Positions 1 to 9,591 of a stretch of 64,000 nt of DNA are shown here, in pieces. Position 1 is the stretch's first letter; each line of letters starts with the position of its first letter. The stretch comes from an uncultured bacterium (GTDB lineage: Bacteria; Krumholzibacteriota; Krumholzibacteriia; LZORAL124-64-63). The translations under genes were made by a program, and so were the position numbers. The stretch is from assembly GCA_963732385.1 (NCBI GenBank), contig CAVSZB010000007.1, positions 288,001 to 352,000 of the forward strand, given 5' to 3'. The notes under the pieces were generated by a model that saw only the letters and a program-made list of their open reading frames with translations, had not been told where the DNA came from and did no database searches.

Positions 1-2
1 GG

Positions 3-977
3 CTGCTGGTGCAGGCGGGCCGGGTCGAGGAGGCGATTCCGGTCCTGGAGGCCAGGCGGCGGGGGGGCAAGCTTGATCGCGAAGGGGCCCTCTGGCTGAG
101 TCGTCTGCTGGCGCATGTCGAACGCTGGAACGATGCGATCGCGCTGCTCCGTGATGCCGTCACCCGCTGGCCGGACGATGCTCGTGGCTATCTTTACCTC
201 GGCGAAGCGCTTGCTGCGCGCGGTGACGTGGTCGGCGCCGAAGCGCAGGTGCGTCGGGCCGTGAAGCTGGAACCGGAAAATTTCGAGTCGTTGCTGGCGC
301 TGACCCGGCTGCTGACCCTGCGGTCTGGAACCATGTCCGGCGGGTCCCCGGAACGTGCCGAACTGGCGCGGCTTGCCACACGCGCGGGGGAGCTCGCTGC
401 GGCCGATGACACGCGGGGGCGGATGATTCTGGGGTATGCCTACCGGGCCCTGAGCGATCCGGCGCTCGCCGCGCCCCAGTTCGAGGCCGCCGCCGCCCTG
501 CCCGGAGTACGTCGGGAGGCGCTGTTGCAACTGGCTGTCTGCCTGGAGGATCTGCAGCGTTACGGCGAGGCAGGCAGCACCCTCGAAACGCTGCGCGAGG
601 AATTCCCCGACGACCCCACGGTCGCGAACTCGCTCGGCTACTTTCTGGCGGAGCGGGGCGAGGATCTGACGCGCGCCGAGATCCTGGTGCGCGCGGCTCT
701 GGTCCGCCAGCCGGAAAATCCCTTCTACATCGATTCCCTCGGCTGGATCGCCTTCCGCCGCGGCGATTTCCCGGCCGCTTTCGATCTGCTGGTGCAGGCC
801 GCCAATGCGGCGCCCGGGCAGCCGGACATCCTTGAGCATCTCGGACGGACGCTGCAGGCGCTCGGGCGGGTCGAGGAGGCGGCCCGCGTGTACCGTCAGG
901 CGCTCGACGCGGGGGCCGACCGGGACAGGATCAACGCCCTCCTGCGGGCTCTGGCAGGGCCCGGGAGTGCGCCATGA
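3..977 (+). CDS. Tetratricopeptide repeat protein (5' partial)
   Basis: Repeated TPR-like helices; the C-terminal 'NSLGYFLAE...YIDSLGWIAF' pattern is typical. The frame is open to the window edge. Confidence 0.85.
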   Translation: MLVQAGRVEEAIPVLEARRRGGKLDREGALWLSRLLAHVERWNDAIALLRDAVTRWPDDARGYLYLGEALAARGDVVGAEAQVRRAVKLEPENFESLLALTRLLTLRSGTMSGGSPERAELARLATRAGELAAADDTRGRMILGYAYRALSDPALAAPQFEAAAALPGVRREALLQLAVCLEDLQRYGEAGSTLETLREEFPDDPTVANSLGYFLAERGEDLTRAEILVRAALVRQPENPFYIDSLGWIAFRRGDFPAAFDLLVQAANAAPGQPDILEHLGRTLQALGRVEEAARVYRQALDAGADRDRINALLRALAGPGSAP

Positions 978-1819
978 ACCGCCTGCTCAGCCTAGGGGCG
1001 ATGGCCGTCCTGGCCTTCGCCTGTCCGGGTTTGGCGGGGGGCGAGATCGCCGCATCGTTGCTGGAGGCAGTTCCGACTCCGGGCATGCTGTGGGGCGCCA
1101 CCTGGCGGGGGACGGGGATGGGCGAAAGCCTCGGCGGCAGTGCCTGCTGGCTGCGCGGTACGGACGGCGAGGTGCGGATCGAGGTGACCCGCGAGGGGGC
1201 TGCGCCGCGCGCCGATATTTCCCCGGCCTGGGGCCGGCTGCTGGCGCGCGGCGGTGAAGGGTGGGTCGTCCTGCTGACTGAGGCCACAGCGGTGGGCGGG
1301 CGCTGGGGCGCCCCGTTGGAGTGTCTCGCTCCCGACAGCCGGGTGCGCCTGGAGACCCTCCTGGCGGTACTGGAGGGTGGCGTGGACGGCGCTGGACCGT
1401 GGCCGGCGGGCGTGCGCCGCATCGCGGCGCGCGACGTGATCGGTTCGCACGGAATCAGGGCTGTCCCAGCCGGCCGCACGGAAGCGGCCTCCCACCTGCG
1501 GCTGCCGGAAACCGCCTCCCTGCGCGCGGCGCTCGAGGCCCGCGGACGGGGTCGGGGCGGCGGCGGGGAGACCTGGTTCGTCCGTCGGACCGCGCCGCCC
1601 GACGCCTCCGGCGAGACGGAGATCCAGGTCACCAGCACGCGGTGGCCGGGGAGACTCGAGCTCAGGGTCGCGGGGGCGTGGCCGGTGGGCTTCGAGCCGG
1701 ACGATGTCTTCGTGCCGGTCTGGTCCCTCGGAGACCTGTTGACCTTTCCGGAGGCTCGTCCCGGCGAGACCGGAGCGAAGACCGCAGTGGACGCCGGAGG
1801 GGCTTCAAACGTGCGCTGA
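974..1819 (+). CDS. Hypothetical exported protein
   Basis: ATGA overlap with the upstream stop, N-terminal signal-like sequence, no recognised domain. Confidence 0.6.
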   Translation: MNRLLSLGAMAVLAFACPGLAGGEIAASLLEAVPTPGMLWGATWRGTGMGESLGGSACWLRGTDGEVRIEVTREGAAPRADISPAWGRLLARGGEGWVVLLTEATAVGGRWGAPLECLAPDSRVRLETLLAVLEGGVDGAGPWPAGVRRIAARDVIGSHGIRAVPAGRTEAASHLRLPETASLRAALEARGRGRGGGGETWFVRRTAPPDASGETEIQVTSTRWPGRLELRVAGAWPVGFEPDDVFVPVWSLGDLLTFPEARPGETGAKTAVDAGGASNVR

Positions 1820-1841
1820 ACGATCAGGCGCCCGCAATGCG

Positions 1842-1866
1842 GGAACTTTCCGGCGACGGTCCTGTT
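1842..1866 (+). promoter_or_regulatory. Putative ECF sigma promoter (GGAAC-N17-GTT)
   Basis: GGAAC at 1842-1846, 17-nt spacer, GTT at 1864-1866, directly upstream of the ECF sigma gene. Confidence 0.5.
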
Positions 1867-1917
1867 CCGGAGTGGCGATGCCGCGTCGGGTAAGGGTCGC
1901 GAAGGAGGAGCAGGGGC

Positions 1918-2625
1918 GTGAAAGTGTCCTGGAATGAATTGCGACCCCCGATGGACGGTCCCGCGCCGGCGGTTCTGGCGGATCTGCGCGACGAAGAGCT
2001 CATCGCCCGCGTCCAACAGGGACAGCGACGGGCCTATGACGAGATCGTCCGGCGGTACAAGGGGCGGCTGTTCAGTTTCATTATCCGCATGGTCCACGAC
2101 CACACGGAGGCGGAAGAGCTGACGCAGGACACCCTGATCCGCGCCTACGTGCACGCGGACAAGTACCGGGAGATCGCCCGTTTCTCGACCTGGATCTTCA
2201 CGATCGCTACAAATCTGGTGCGCAACCGCGTGCGTCAGCGCAAGCGGGAGCCCCGCTGGCTGGTGCTCAACCCGGCGCCCGAAAACGATGAGTTGCCGGT
2301 CGACCCCCCCGATCCCCATGCCGATCCGTCCTGCGGGATCGAGCGCGAGGAACTCGGCCGGATGATCAGCCTGGCCACCAGCCGGATCCCCGAACGCTAC
2401 CGGGTGCCGTTCCTGCTGCGCGAGGTGGAGCAGCTATCCTACGAGGAGATCCAGCGGGTGACCGGTTTGAAGCTGGGAACCGTGCGCTCGCGCATCAATC
2501 GGGCCCGCGCCCGCTTCCGCAAGAACATCAAACCTTTGCTGCGCAACGAGACCCTGCTGGCCGAACTCGAGCGGATCGAGGCCAGGGCTGCCGAAAGCGA
2601 CGGGGACTCGGAAACGGAAGAATGA
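1918..2625 (+). CDS. ECF-type RNA polymerase sigma-70 factor
   Basis: Region 2 'AEELTQDTLIRAY...FSTWIFTIATN' and region 4 'LSYEEIQRVTGLKLGTVRSRINRAR'; AGGAGG RBS. Confidence 0.93.
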   Translation: MKVSWNELRPPMDGPAPAVLADLRDEELIARVQQGQRRAYDEIVRRYKGRLFSFIIRMVHDHTEAEELTQDTLIRAYVHADKYREIARFSTWIFTIATNLVRNRVRQRKREPRWLVLNPAPENDELPVDPPDPHADPSCGIEREELGRMISLATSRIPERYRVPFLLREVEQLSYEEIQRVTGLKLGTVRSRINRARARFRKNIKPLLRNETLLAELERIEARAAESDGDSETEE

Positions 2626-2642
2626 TCAGCCGGAGGAACCCC

Positions 2643-3431
2643 ATGCTTTGCCGACGTGCTCACGACTGGATCAGCCTCTCCATGGACGGAATGCTTCCGC
2701 CCGATCGCACTGTAGCGCTGCTCGCCCACCTGGAGCGGTGCGCCGGCTGCCGCGCCTGGCGGGAGGAGGTGCAGCTCGGCCAGCGCCTGCTGGCGGCGAC
2801 CGCGCCGCGGCTTTCCGAGAACTTCGAATGGCGATTGCAGCTGAAGCTCAACCAGACGCTCCAGGAGGCGGCGCGGGCGGCTACAACCCCCTTCGCCGTG
2901 CCGGAGTCGGGCTGGCGCCGCTGGTTCCAGGGCGCGGCGCTCGCCTCCGTGGGAGGAGTGGCCGTGGTCGTGGTCCTCTCCCTGTTCCTCTTGCCCCCGC
3001 GCCGTCAGGCCCCTACGTTTCTCGCGCTGCCGTCAGCCCCGTCGTCCGTCGCGATGCCGGCCGAAGGAAGTACCAGTACCCGCGTCACCGCGGTGATCGC
3101 AGGCCCCGAGGCCGGGACCGTCACCGCCACGGCAGGCGATCCGACCCGGACCTCGCTGCGTCCCGGAACGCGGACGCTGGCGCCGGAGGCCGGCGGAGTC
3201 GGCCACGACGTGGATCTGCGCTTCACGGCGACGTCGGGCGGTTTGTTCGGCCGCGAGGGCTGGTCGGGCGGCAACGTCGACGATCTGCGCACGATCATCC
3301 ATCTGCGCGAGCAGAATCGCCGACTGCGTGATGCGTTGACGCAGGCCCAGCGGGACGCAGGTCTGCTGCGCGCACAGATGGAGAATCCGCGGACCGCGGC
3401 CGGGGATTCCGCCGCGGCGCCGGAGCGCTGA
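2643..3431 (+). CDS. Zinc-finger (zf-HC2/ZAS) transmembrane anti-sigma factor
   Basis: N-terminal C...HLERCAGC (HxxxCxxC), one TM helix, C-terminal coiled coil; directly follows the ECF sigma; GGAGGA RBS. Confidence 0.85.
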   Translation: MLCRRAHDWISLSMDGMLPPDRTVALLAHLERCAGCRAWREEVQLGQRLLAATAPRLSENFEWRLQLKLNQTLQEAARAATTPFAVPESGWRRWFQGAALASVGGVAVVVVLSLFLLPPRRQAPTFLALPSAPSSVAMPAEGSTSTRVTAVIAGPEAGTVTATAGDPTRTSLRPGTRTLAPEAGGVGHDVDLRFTATSGGLFGREGWSGGNVDDLRTIIHLREQNRRLRDALTQAQRDAGLLRAQMENPRTAAGDSAAAPER

Positions 3432-3445
3432 TCACGGGGGTCTTT

Positions 3446-4537
3446 ATGCTTACGCGCGCGCGACCGCGTTCCGGCCACGAGGGATTGGTGTTTGTTTCCG
3501 TCCTGCTCGCGCTGGTATTGCTCACGCCGGTCGCGAGGGCTGAGGGGCAGGCGCGCCGGGAGCGCCCGATCACGATGGCGGTCGGTTCCTACGGGGATCT
3601 TGCCGTAGTCCTTTCCGCTCCCGCCCTGCGCGGTGTTGTGCGTCCGGCGCTGGATCGTCTCAACACGCAGGTCACCTTCGTGGTCCGGGAAGAGCCGACG
3701 TTCGCCGTCGACTTCTACGCGGGCAACGAGTGGAAATTCGCCCACGACTACAAGAATCTTTTGATCCTCGTGAACTGGAGCGATGGCGGGCGGGTCGTGC
3801 GGGCGGTGGAGGAGTTGCTGGAGCCCCCGGATCTGGAGCGCCTCCGCGCGGCCGGAGGCGGGATTGCGCAGTTGACCGACCCGCTGCTGAGCTATCAGTT
3901 CGCGGTGATCGTGGCGGCGCACGATAGGACCCAGCTGGCCGCGCTGCTGGATCGCAATGCCGATCACCTGCGGGAACTCTACGAAAAGCAGAACCGCGAG
4001 CGCATCCGGCGCCAGTTCGCGCGCGAGGGGCTGCACGATGACTGGCTGGCGCGGAATTGGGGGCGTTACCAGATCCTGCTCAGCATCCCTGCAGCCTATC
4101 GTGAGAATCAGGTCGAGCCGAACGGGTTCCCCGGGATCGAGTGGACCCGCGCCGGTCCGACGCGCGGCATCACGCTCTCCTGGCGGCGCGCTCCGCATCC
4201 CGAGACCCTGCTCGCTGACCGTGCGGCCCTGCTGGCGATGCGCCGGGACATGGGCCGTGTCCTGCATCGCGAAGAGATCAGCGATGATGGTCTGGAGTGG
4301 GAGTCGACGCGGCTGGGCGAACTGCCGGCCCTGCGACTGACCGGATCGTGGGTCAGCCGGGAGATCCAGGTCGGCGGCGCGTTCTGGAGCTATTTCATCG
4401 CTGACCCTGCGGGAGAGCGGGTCTTCTGTCTCGACCTGCTCGCCTACATGCCACACATCGATGAACCGAAGATGCCTCTCTACCGCGAACTGCTCGCCAT
4501 CGCCGAGACCTTCTCACTCCGGCAGCCCCACCGCTGA
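3446..4537 (+). CDS. DUF4837-family exported protein
   Basis: Signal peptide; 'EEPTF' and C-terminal 'GSW...GGAFWSYF...LAYMP...[13 protein letters not shown]' resemble DUF4837. Confidence 0.65.
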   Translation: MLTRARPRSGHEGLVFVSVLLALVLLTPVARAEGQARRERPITMAVGSYGDLAVVLSAPALRGVVRPALDRLNTQVTFVVREEPTFAVDFYAGNEWKFAHDYKNLLILVNWSDGGRVVRAVEELLEPPDLERLRAAGGGIAQLTDPLLSYQFAVIVAAHDRTQLAALLDRNADHLRELYEKQNRERIRRQFAREGLHDDWLARNWGRYQILLSIPAAYRENQVEPNGFPGIEWTRAGPTRGITLSWRRAPHPETLLADRAALLAMRRDMGRVLHREEISDDGLEWESTRLGELPALRLTGSWVSREIQVGGAFWSYFIADPAGERVFCLDLLAYMPHIDEPKMPLYRELLAIAETFSLRQPHR

Positions 4538-4665
4538 ACCACACTGTCGGCGCTGTGGCCCGACCATTGACAACCGCCCAGAATACCGCATTGTCAGAGC
4601 ATGTACTGGCGAGCCTGGAGCCGTCCGCGGGGTCGTTCTGTCGCGGGGGGAGAAAGGGGCGGATC

Positions 4666-5454
4666 ATGGCGCCGATTCCGATAGTTCTGCTGTTTTTCCT
4701 GGTCCTCTTTTTTTTCAGCAACGCGGTGCGTGTGCTCCGAGAGTACGAACGGGCGGTCGTTTTCCGTCTGGGACGGTTCATCGGAAATAAGGGACCGGGC
4801 CTTATTCTGCTCGTGCCGGTCATCGACCGCATGGTGAAGATCAGCCTGCGCACGGTGCCCATGGACGTCGCGCCGCAGGATGTCATCACCCGCGACAACG
4901 TGTCGGTCAAGGTCAACGCGGTGATCTATTTCCGGGTGGTGGAACCGGAACGTGCCGTCATCGAAATCGAAGACTTCCTGTTCGCCACGACCCAGATGGC
5001 GCAGACCACCCTGCGCAGCGTGGTCGGGCAGGCTGACCTGGACGACCTGCTGTCCAACCGCGAAAAGCTCAACCTTGATCTCCAGCGCATCCTCGACGAA
5101 TCCACCGTTCCGTGGGGCATCAAGGTATCGATGGTCGAGATCAAGGACGTGGACCTCCCGGTGGAAATGCGGCGGGCCATGGCGCGGCAGGCGGAGGCGG
5201 AGCGCGAACGGCGCTCGAAGGTCATCCATGCCGACGGTGAATTCCAGGCCAGTCAGCGGCTGGCTGAGGCGGCCAAGATCCTCTCGACCGATCCGGCAGC
5301 CATCCAGTTGCGTTACCTGCAGACGCTGAGCGAGATCGCGCGGGAAAACAATTCCACCACCATTTTCCCCGTGCCGGTGGATCTGATTTCCCAGTGGTTC
5401 AACAGGCGTCCCGGATCGGTTCGTGCGGGCGGTTCGGCGGTCGAGGGAGAATGA
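4666..5454 (+). CDS. SPFH/band-7 (slipin, stomatin-like) protein
   Basis: '[12 protein letters not shown]', '[16 protein letters not shown]', '[14 protein letters not shown]', 'QLRYLQTL'. Confidence 0.93.
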   Translation: MAPIPIVLLFFLVLFFFSNAVRVLREYERAVVFRLGRFIGNKGPGLILLVPVIDRMVKISLRTVPMDVAPQDVITRDNVSVKVNAVIYFRVVEPERAVIEIEDFLFATTQMAQTTLRSVVGQADLDDLLSNREKLNLDLQRILDESTVPWGIKVSMVEIKDVDLPVEMRRAMARQAEAERERRSKVIHADGEFQASQRLAEAAKILSTDPAAIQLRYLQTLSEIARENNSTTIFPVPVDLISQWFNRRPGSVRAGGSAVEGE

Positions 5455-6248
5455 GAATGTGCGTGGCCATCAGTTTCCGCAGGCGCTTGCTGCCTCTCTG
5501 GTCGGCGATTTTGGTTGCGGGAGCCGGACCGGCGCTTCCCGCGGTGGCGCAGACCGATCCGCCACGTCCGGTTACCGGACGGCATGCGCCGCCACGTGTC
5601 GGGGCCCAGGCTGCCCATCGGAGCGGGGAGGCGGGACCGTGGTCCGTGTCGATCGGTGCGGGGCTGCTCTCCAGCGGCGACCTTTTCCGGGTCCTCGTGC
5701 CGGACGGGAGCACGCGGATCTGGTCGGCCCCACTCGGCGACGCCTTCTACGCGCACGAAATTCTCGTCACCCTGGATGAGGACGCGGCCGTGTCCGCTTC
5801 GGTGGGGCGCCGCCTCGGCGGTCGCTGGCGTGTCCGTTGCGATGTGAGTTGGGCCGAGGTGAACGCCACGGCTCTGGCGCGTGTCGGACAGACCGTCGAG
5901 CTTCAAGCCTGGGAGAGACCCACTTTCCTGCTCGCTGGCCTGGGCGTGGAGTGCCAGTTGGCGCACGCGAGCCTCTACCCGTACGCTCTGGCGGGGCTGA
6001 CCTTAACCCGTCTGGAGGCTGCGAAGGCCACGGCGCTTGATCAGACCCGCGTTGGGCTGCGGGGGGGGGTCGGCCTGCAGTGGGGCCTCACACCGGAGTG
6101 GGGTGTGAGGGCGGAACTGCGAGACACGTGGCAGCAGTTCGACCTGACGGCATATGGCGACGATCCGACGTTCACCGATCTCACCTTCAGGGAGCTTGGT
6201 CCGCAACATCTGTTCGAACTGCTGCTGCAGACATGCGTCCAATTTTGA
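5451..6248 (+). CDS. Outer-membrane beta-barrel protein
   Basis: Signal peptide, amphipathic beta-strands ('LYPYALAG', 'VRAELRD'), C-terminal Phe. Confidence 0.6.
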   Translation: MRMCVAISFRRRLLPLWSAILVAGAGPALPAVAQTDPPRPVTGRHAPPRVGAQAAHRSGEAGPWSVSIGAGLLSSGDLFRVLVPDGSTRIWSAPLGDAFYAHEILVTLDEDAAVSASVGRRLGGRWRVRCDVSWAEVNATALARVGQTVELQAWERPTFLLAGLGVECQLAHASLYPYALAGLTLTRLEAAKATALDQTRVGLRGGVGLQWGLTPEWGVRAELRDTWQQFDLTAYGDDPTFTDLTFRELGPQHLFELLLQTCVQF

Positions 6249-6358
6249 GCCACGGTATCGATTATCGATATCAATAATTGCGTCATGCAGGCAGCTGAAG
6301 TTCAGCGTCCGTAAGTCTCTGTATAATATTGTGAATTAATAAATTACGCTTTTCGCTG

Positions 6359-6393
6359 AGCCCGGCCTAAAGCGGTGGCGGGCTTTTTTCTTT
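6359..6393 (+). terminator. Intrinsic terminator
   Basis: AGCCCG...CGGGCT stem followed by TTTTTCTTT. Confidence 0.65.
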
Positions 6394-6420
6394 GTGGGGG
6401 AGGCGCCCAACTCCTATAAT
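6392..6420 (+). promoter_or_regulatory. Putative sigma70 promoter of parA
   Basis: TTGTGG-N17-TATAAT. Confidence 0.55.
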
Positions 6421-6504
6421 AGCTGCTTCGTTGCGCAAGTTTGTTGTTTCCGGCCTGTTTCCCGCGGGGCGACCGGCGCGGCGCTCCGCGCGCGGGAGGG
6501 CGTC

Positions 6505-7353
6505 ATGAGCAATGTCATCGCCGTAGTCAACCACAAGGGTGGCTCCGGCAAGACCACGACCGCCATCAATCTGGCAGCAGGTCTTACCCGTTACAGCGAT
6601 ATCACGTCCTCCTGCCTGCTGATCGACATGGATCCGCACGGTTGCGCTACCTCCACGCTTCTGGGCAAGCTGGACGGTGAGCCACCGGCCCGCAGCGTCT
6701 TCGATGTTCTTCGCCGGGCCATCACTCCGCATGACGGCATCACCTCGACGGTCTACGACGAGAACATCGATATCCTCCCTTCGAACCCATCGCTCGAGAG
6801 CATGGCCAAGACTCAGATCACCGATCGCCTGGCCAAGGTGACGCAGGCTCTGGCCACCTCCTACGGCTGGATCATCATCGACACGCCGCCCAATCTGGGC
6901 GTGCTGACCCAGAATGCGCTCGTAGCGGCCGACTATGTGCTGATCCCCACGACCTGCACCGGTCTGGGCGTGCCGCCGCTGCGGCAGCTCAAGGCGCTCA
7001 TCGAGCAGATCCAGGAGCGGCAGAATGTCTGGCTGCAGACCCTCGGTGTGCTTGTCACCATGAAGGATGGCCGAACGCCGCTCCAGAAGGACGCGCACCG
7101 CGAGTTGAAGAGCATCTTCAAGGCCGACATCTTCAAGACGGTCGTGACGACGAACATCAAGATCGAGGAAGCGCCGGCGAATTTCCGCAGCATTTTCTCC
7201 TACGACTCCGGCTGTCTCGGCGCGTCGCTCTACCGCGACTGGATCAAGGGCGAGCTGCTCAAACGGCACAAGACCCTGGAGAAGAAGCGGGTGGAGAAGT
7301 TGGAGGCCGCGCAGCCTGTGGCGTCGTCGGTCAGCGTGCCGCCAACGGTCTGA
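6505..7353 (+). CDS. ParA/Soj family ATPase (orphan)
   Basis: Deviant Walker A 'NHKGGSGKTT', 'LIDMDP', 'IIDTPPNLG'; GGAGG RBS. Confidence 0.92.
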   Translation: MSNVIAVVNHKGGSGKTTTAINLAAGLTRYSDITSSCLLIDMDPHGCATSTLLGKLDGEPPARSVFDVLRRAITPHDGITSTVYDENIDILPSNPSLESMAKTQITDRLAKVTQALATSYGWIIIDTPPNLGVLTQNALVAADYVLIPTTCTGLGVPPLRQLKALIEQIQERQNVWLQTLGVLVTMKDGRTPLQKDAHRELKSIFKADIFKTVVTTNIKIEEAPANFRSIFSYDSGCLGASLYRDWIKGELLKRHKTLEKKRVEKLEAAQPVASSVSVPPTV

Positions 7354-7975
7354 CGTACGGGTTCGAAGTCATTTCTTCGGCGACCGTGGTCGACGGTCCG
7401 TGCCCGGGGTGGAGGCTCGTCGCGGGCGGGAGCGTATAGATCCGCTCCCTGATGCTCCGGCCCAAAGCCTGGAAATCCCCGCCCGGCAGATCGGTGCGGC
7501 CGACGGAGCCGGCGAAGATACAGTCCCCCACCAGAGCGTTCGTTCCCCAGCCGAACAGGACATGACCCGGCGTGTGTCCCGGTATGTGGCGCACGGTCAG
7601 GGCTCCGCCGCCGAACGGCAGGGTCGTTCCTTCGGCCAGGGTGGCGGAGAGCTGTGGCACGGCGGTCGGAGGGAAACCGAACATCTCCTGATGGCGGGGC
7701 ATCGTCAGCACCAGCGCTTCATCGCGCGGGTGGACCAGGAGCGGCAGGGGGTGGATGGCCTGCACGGCCGCGGCTGCTCCGACGTGGTCGAAATGCCCAT
7801 GCGTGCAGGCCAGCAGGGTCAGACGCAGACCACCGGCGGCGAGGCGATCGAGCAGAAGATCCGCTTCGTCGCCCGGATCGAACAGCGCCGCCTCGCCGGT
7901 TGCGGGGGATTCCAGCAGATACGCATTCATCGCCAACGGTCCGACGGCGAGGGAGGTGAGTACCCAGTCGGTCAT
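7331..7975 (-). CDS. MBL-fold metallo-hydrolase (glyoxalase II-like)
   Basis: THGHFDH, PGHTPGH, 'GSVGRTDLPGG', PGHGP motifs. Confidence 0.93.
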   Translation of the reverse strand: MTDWVLTSLAVGPLAMNAYLLESPATGEAALFDPGDEADLLLDRLAAGGLRLTLLACTHGHFDHVGAAAAVQAIHPLPLLVHPRDEALVLTMPRHQEMFGFPPTAVPQLSATLAEGTTLPFGGGALTVRHIPGHTPGHVLFGWGTNALVGDCIFAGSVGRTDLPGGDFQALGRSIRERIYTLPPATSLHPGHGPSTTVAEEMTSNPYVRPLAAR

Positions 7976-8041
7976 CTCGCCTGCCCCGCCGTCGGAAATC
8001 TGGTCATCGCACGGGCCGCCACTTCGCGGCGGCCCCGTAGC

Positions 8042-9361
8042 TCAGGACTCATCGTAGTATTCACGCCCGAGGTGGGTGATCTGCTCCTCGCCCATCATCC
8101 AGCGCAGCGTGTTCTTCAGCTTGGTCTGCTGGATGAAGAGGTCGTGCTCGGGACGGAGGTTGTCCGGCACCACCGGGCTCTTGAAGAAGAACGACAGCCA
8201 CTCCTGGATGCCCGACATGCCGGCACGCTTCGCCAGGTCGAGGTACAGGGCGAGGTCGAGCACGATCGGGGCCGCAAGGATGGAGTCGCGGCACAGGAAG
8301 TCGACCTTGATCTGCATCGGCATCCCCATCCAGCCGAAGATATCGATGTTGTCCCACCCCTCCTTGTTGTCGCCGCGCGGAGGGTAATAGTTGATCCGCA
8401 CCTTGTGGAACAGGTTGCCGTAGAGGTCCGGATACAACTCCGGCTGCAGGATCGAATCCAGCACGCCCAGCTTCGACTCTTCCTTGGTCTTGAACGATTC
8501 CGGATCGTCGAGCACCTCGCCGTCGCGGTTGCCCAGGATGTTCGTCGAGAACCAGCCGCTGACCCCCAGCAGGCGTGCCTTGAAGCCGGGCGCCAGAACG
8601 GTTTTCAGCAGGGTCTGGCCGGTTTTGAAGTCCTTGCCGCAGATTGGGGCACCCTCCCGCTTGGCCAACTCCTCGATCGCCGGGAAGTCGCCGCTGAGGT
8701 TCGGCGCGCCGTTCGCGTAAGGGATGCCGAGCCGTGCCGCAGCGTAAGCGTAGATCATGCTCGGAGCGATGTCCGGATTGTTCTCGGTCAGCCCCTTCTC
8801 GAAGGCGGCGAGGCTCTCGTGCACTGCCGTGCGCCTGAGGAAGATCTCGGTCGATCCGCACCACACCATGACGATGCGGTCGCAGCCGTTCGCCTTTTTG
8901 AATTCCTCGATATCGCGCATGATGGCCTCGGCCAGCGCCATCTTGTTGCGCCCCTTCTTCACGTTCGTACCGTCGAGCTTCTTCACATAGTAGTTGTCGA
9001 ACACGGCCGGCATGGGGCGGATCTCGCTCAGGAACGGGCGCAGGTCCTCCAGCACGTGGCGTTCGAGCACGCCCGCCTTGACGGCGGCGTCGTAAGCGGT
9101 GTCGGTGAAGATGTCCCATCCGCCGAACACGATGTCATTCAGGTCCGTCAGAGGAACGAAGTTGCGCACCAGCGGCTGGCGATTGTCGGTGCGCTTGCCG
9201 AGTCGGATGTGTCCCATCTGGGTCATGCTGCCGATGGGGAGTCGCATGCCGCGGCGTACAGCCTCCACGCCGCTCATGAACGTGGTGGAGACGGCGCCCA
9301 TGCCGGGCGTCAGGATGCCCAGCTTGCCCTGAGCCGGTTTGATCGTAAGGCCTGCTGCCAT
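8042..9361 (-). CDS. ino1: Myo-inositol-1-phosphate (inositol-3-phosphate) synthase
   Basis: 'GKDFKTGQT', 'NILGNRDG', 'GDNKEGWDNID', 'DSILAAP', 'LSFFFKSP'. Start chosen at the ATG following AGGAG. Confidence 0.92.
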   Translation of the reverse strand: MAAGLTIKPAQGKLGILTPGMGAVSTTFMSGVEAVRRGMRLPIGSMTQMGHIRLGKRTDNRQPLVRNFVPLTDLNDIVFGGWDIFTDTAYDAAVKAGVLERHVLEDLRPFLSEIRPMPAVFDNYYVKKLDGTNVKKGRNKMALAEAIMRDIEEFKKANGCDRIVMVWCGSTEIFLRRTAVHESLAAFEKGLTENNPDIAPSMIYAYAAARLGIPYANGAPNLSGDFPAIEELAKREGAPICGKDFKTGQTLLKTVLAPGFKARLLGVSGWFSTNILGNRDGEVLDDPESFKTKEESKLGVLDSILQPELYPDLYGNLFHKVRINYYPPRGDNKEGWDNIDIFGWMGMPMQIKVDFLCRDSILAAPIVLDLALYLDLAKRAGMSGIQEWLSFFFKSPVVPDNLRPEHDLFIQQTKLKNTLRWMMGEEQITHLGREYYDES

Positions 9362-9591
9362 GAAAAGAAGCTCCTCTCTGGTCCGGAAATCCCGCGGCCG
9401 GGCGCTAGGATAGGGCCGGTCCCCAGGCAAGGCAAAGGAATCTTCTCCCCCCTGCTTCCGGTTTTGCATTCCGTTTTTGACCTCATGTGATATTGGCTGG
9501 CGCAAGGCCCCCTGCATATGTTAGAATTCATAACGCCGGGGGGACCCACGCAGCCCAGGGGGAGGGCCACACTTAGTTCCGGGAGGATTCC

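Noticed and set aside
6357..6385. CCGGCCTAAA...GGTGGCGGG resembles the second hairpin of a c-di-GMP-I riboswitch
   Set aside because: The upstream GGCAAACC...GNRA...GACGCAAA hairpin is absent, and a separate parA promoter lies downstream. A plain terminator explains it.
7331..7353. 23-bp convergent overlap of parA and the MBL hydrolase gene
   Set aside because: Short 3' overlaps are common in compact GC-rich genomes.
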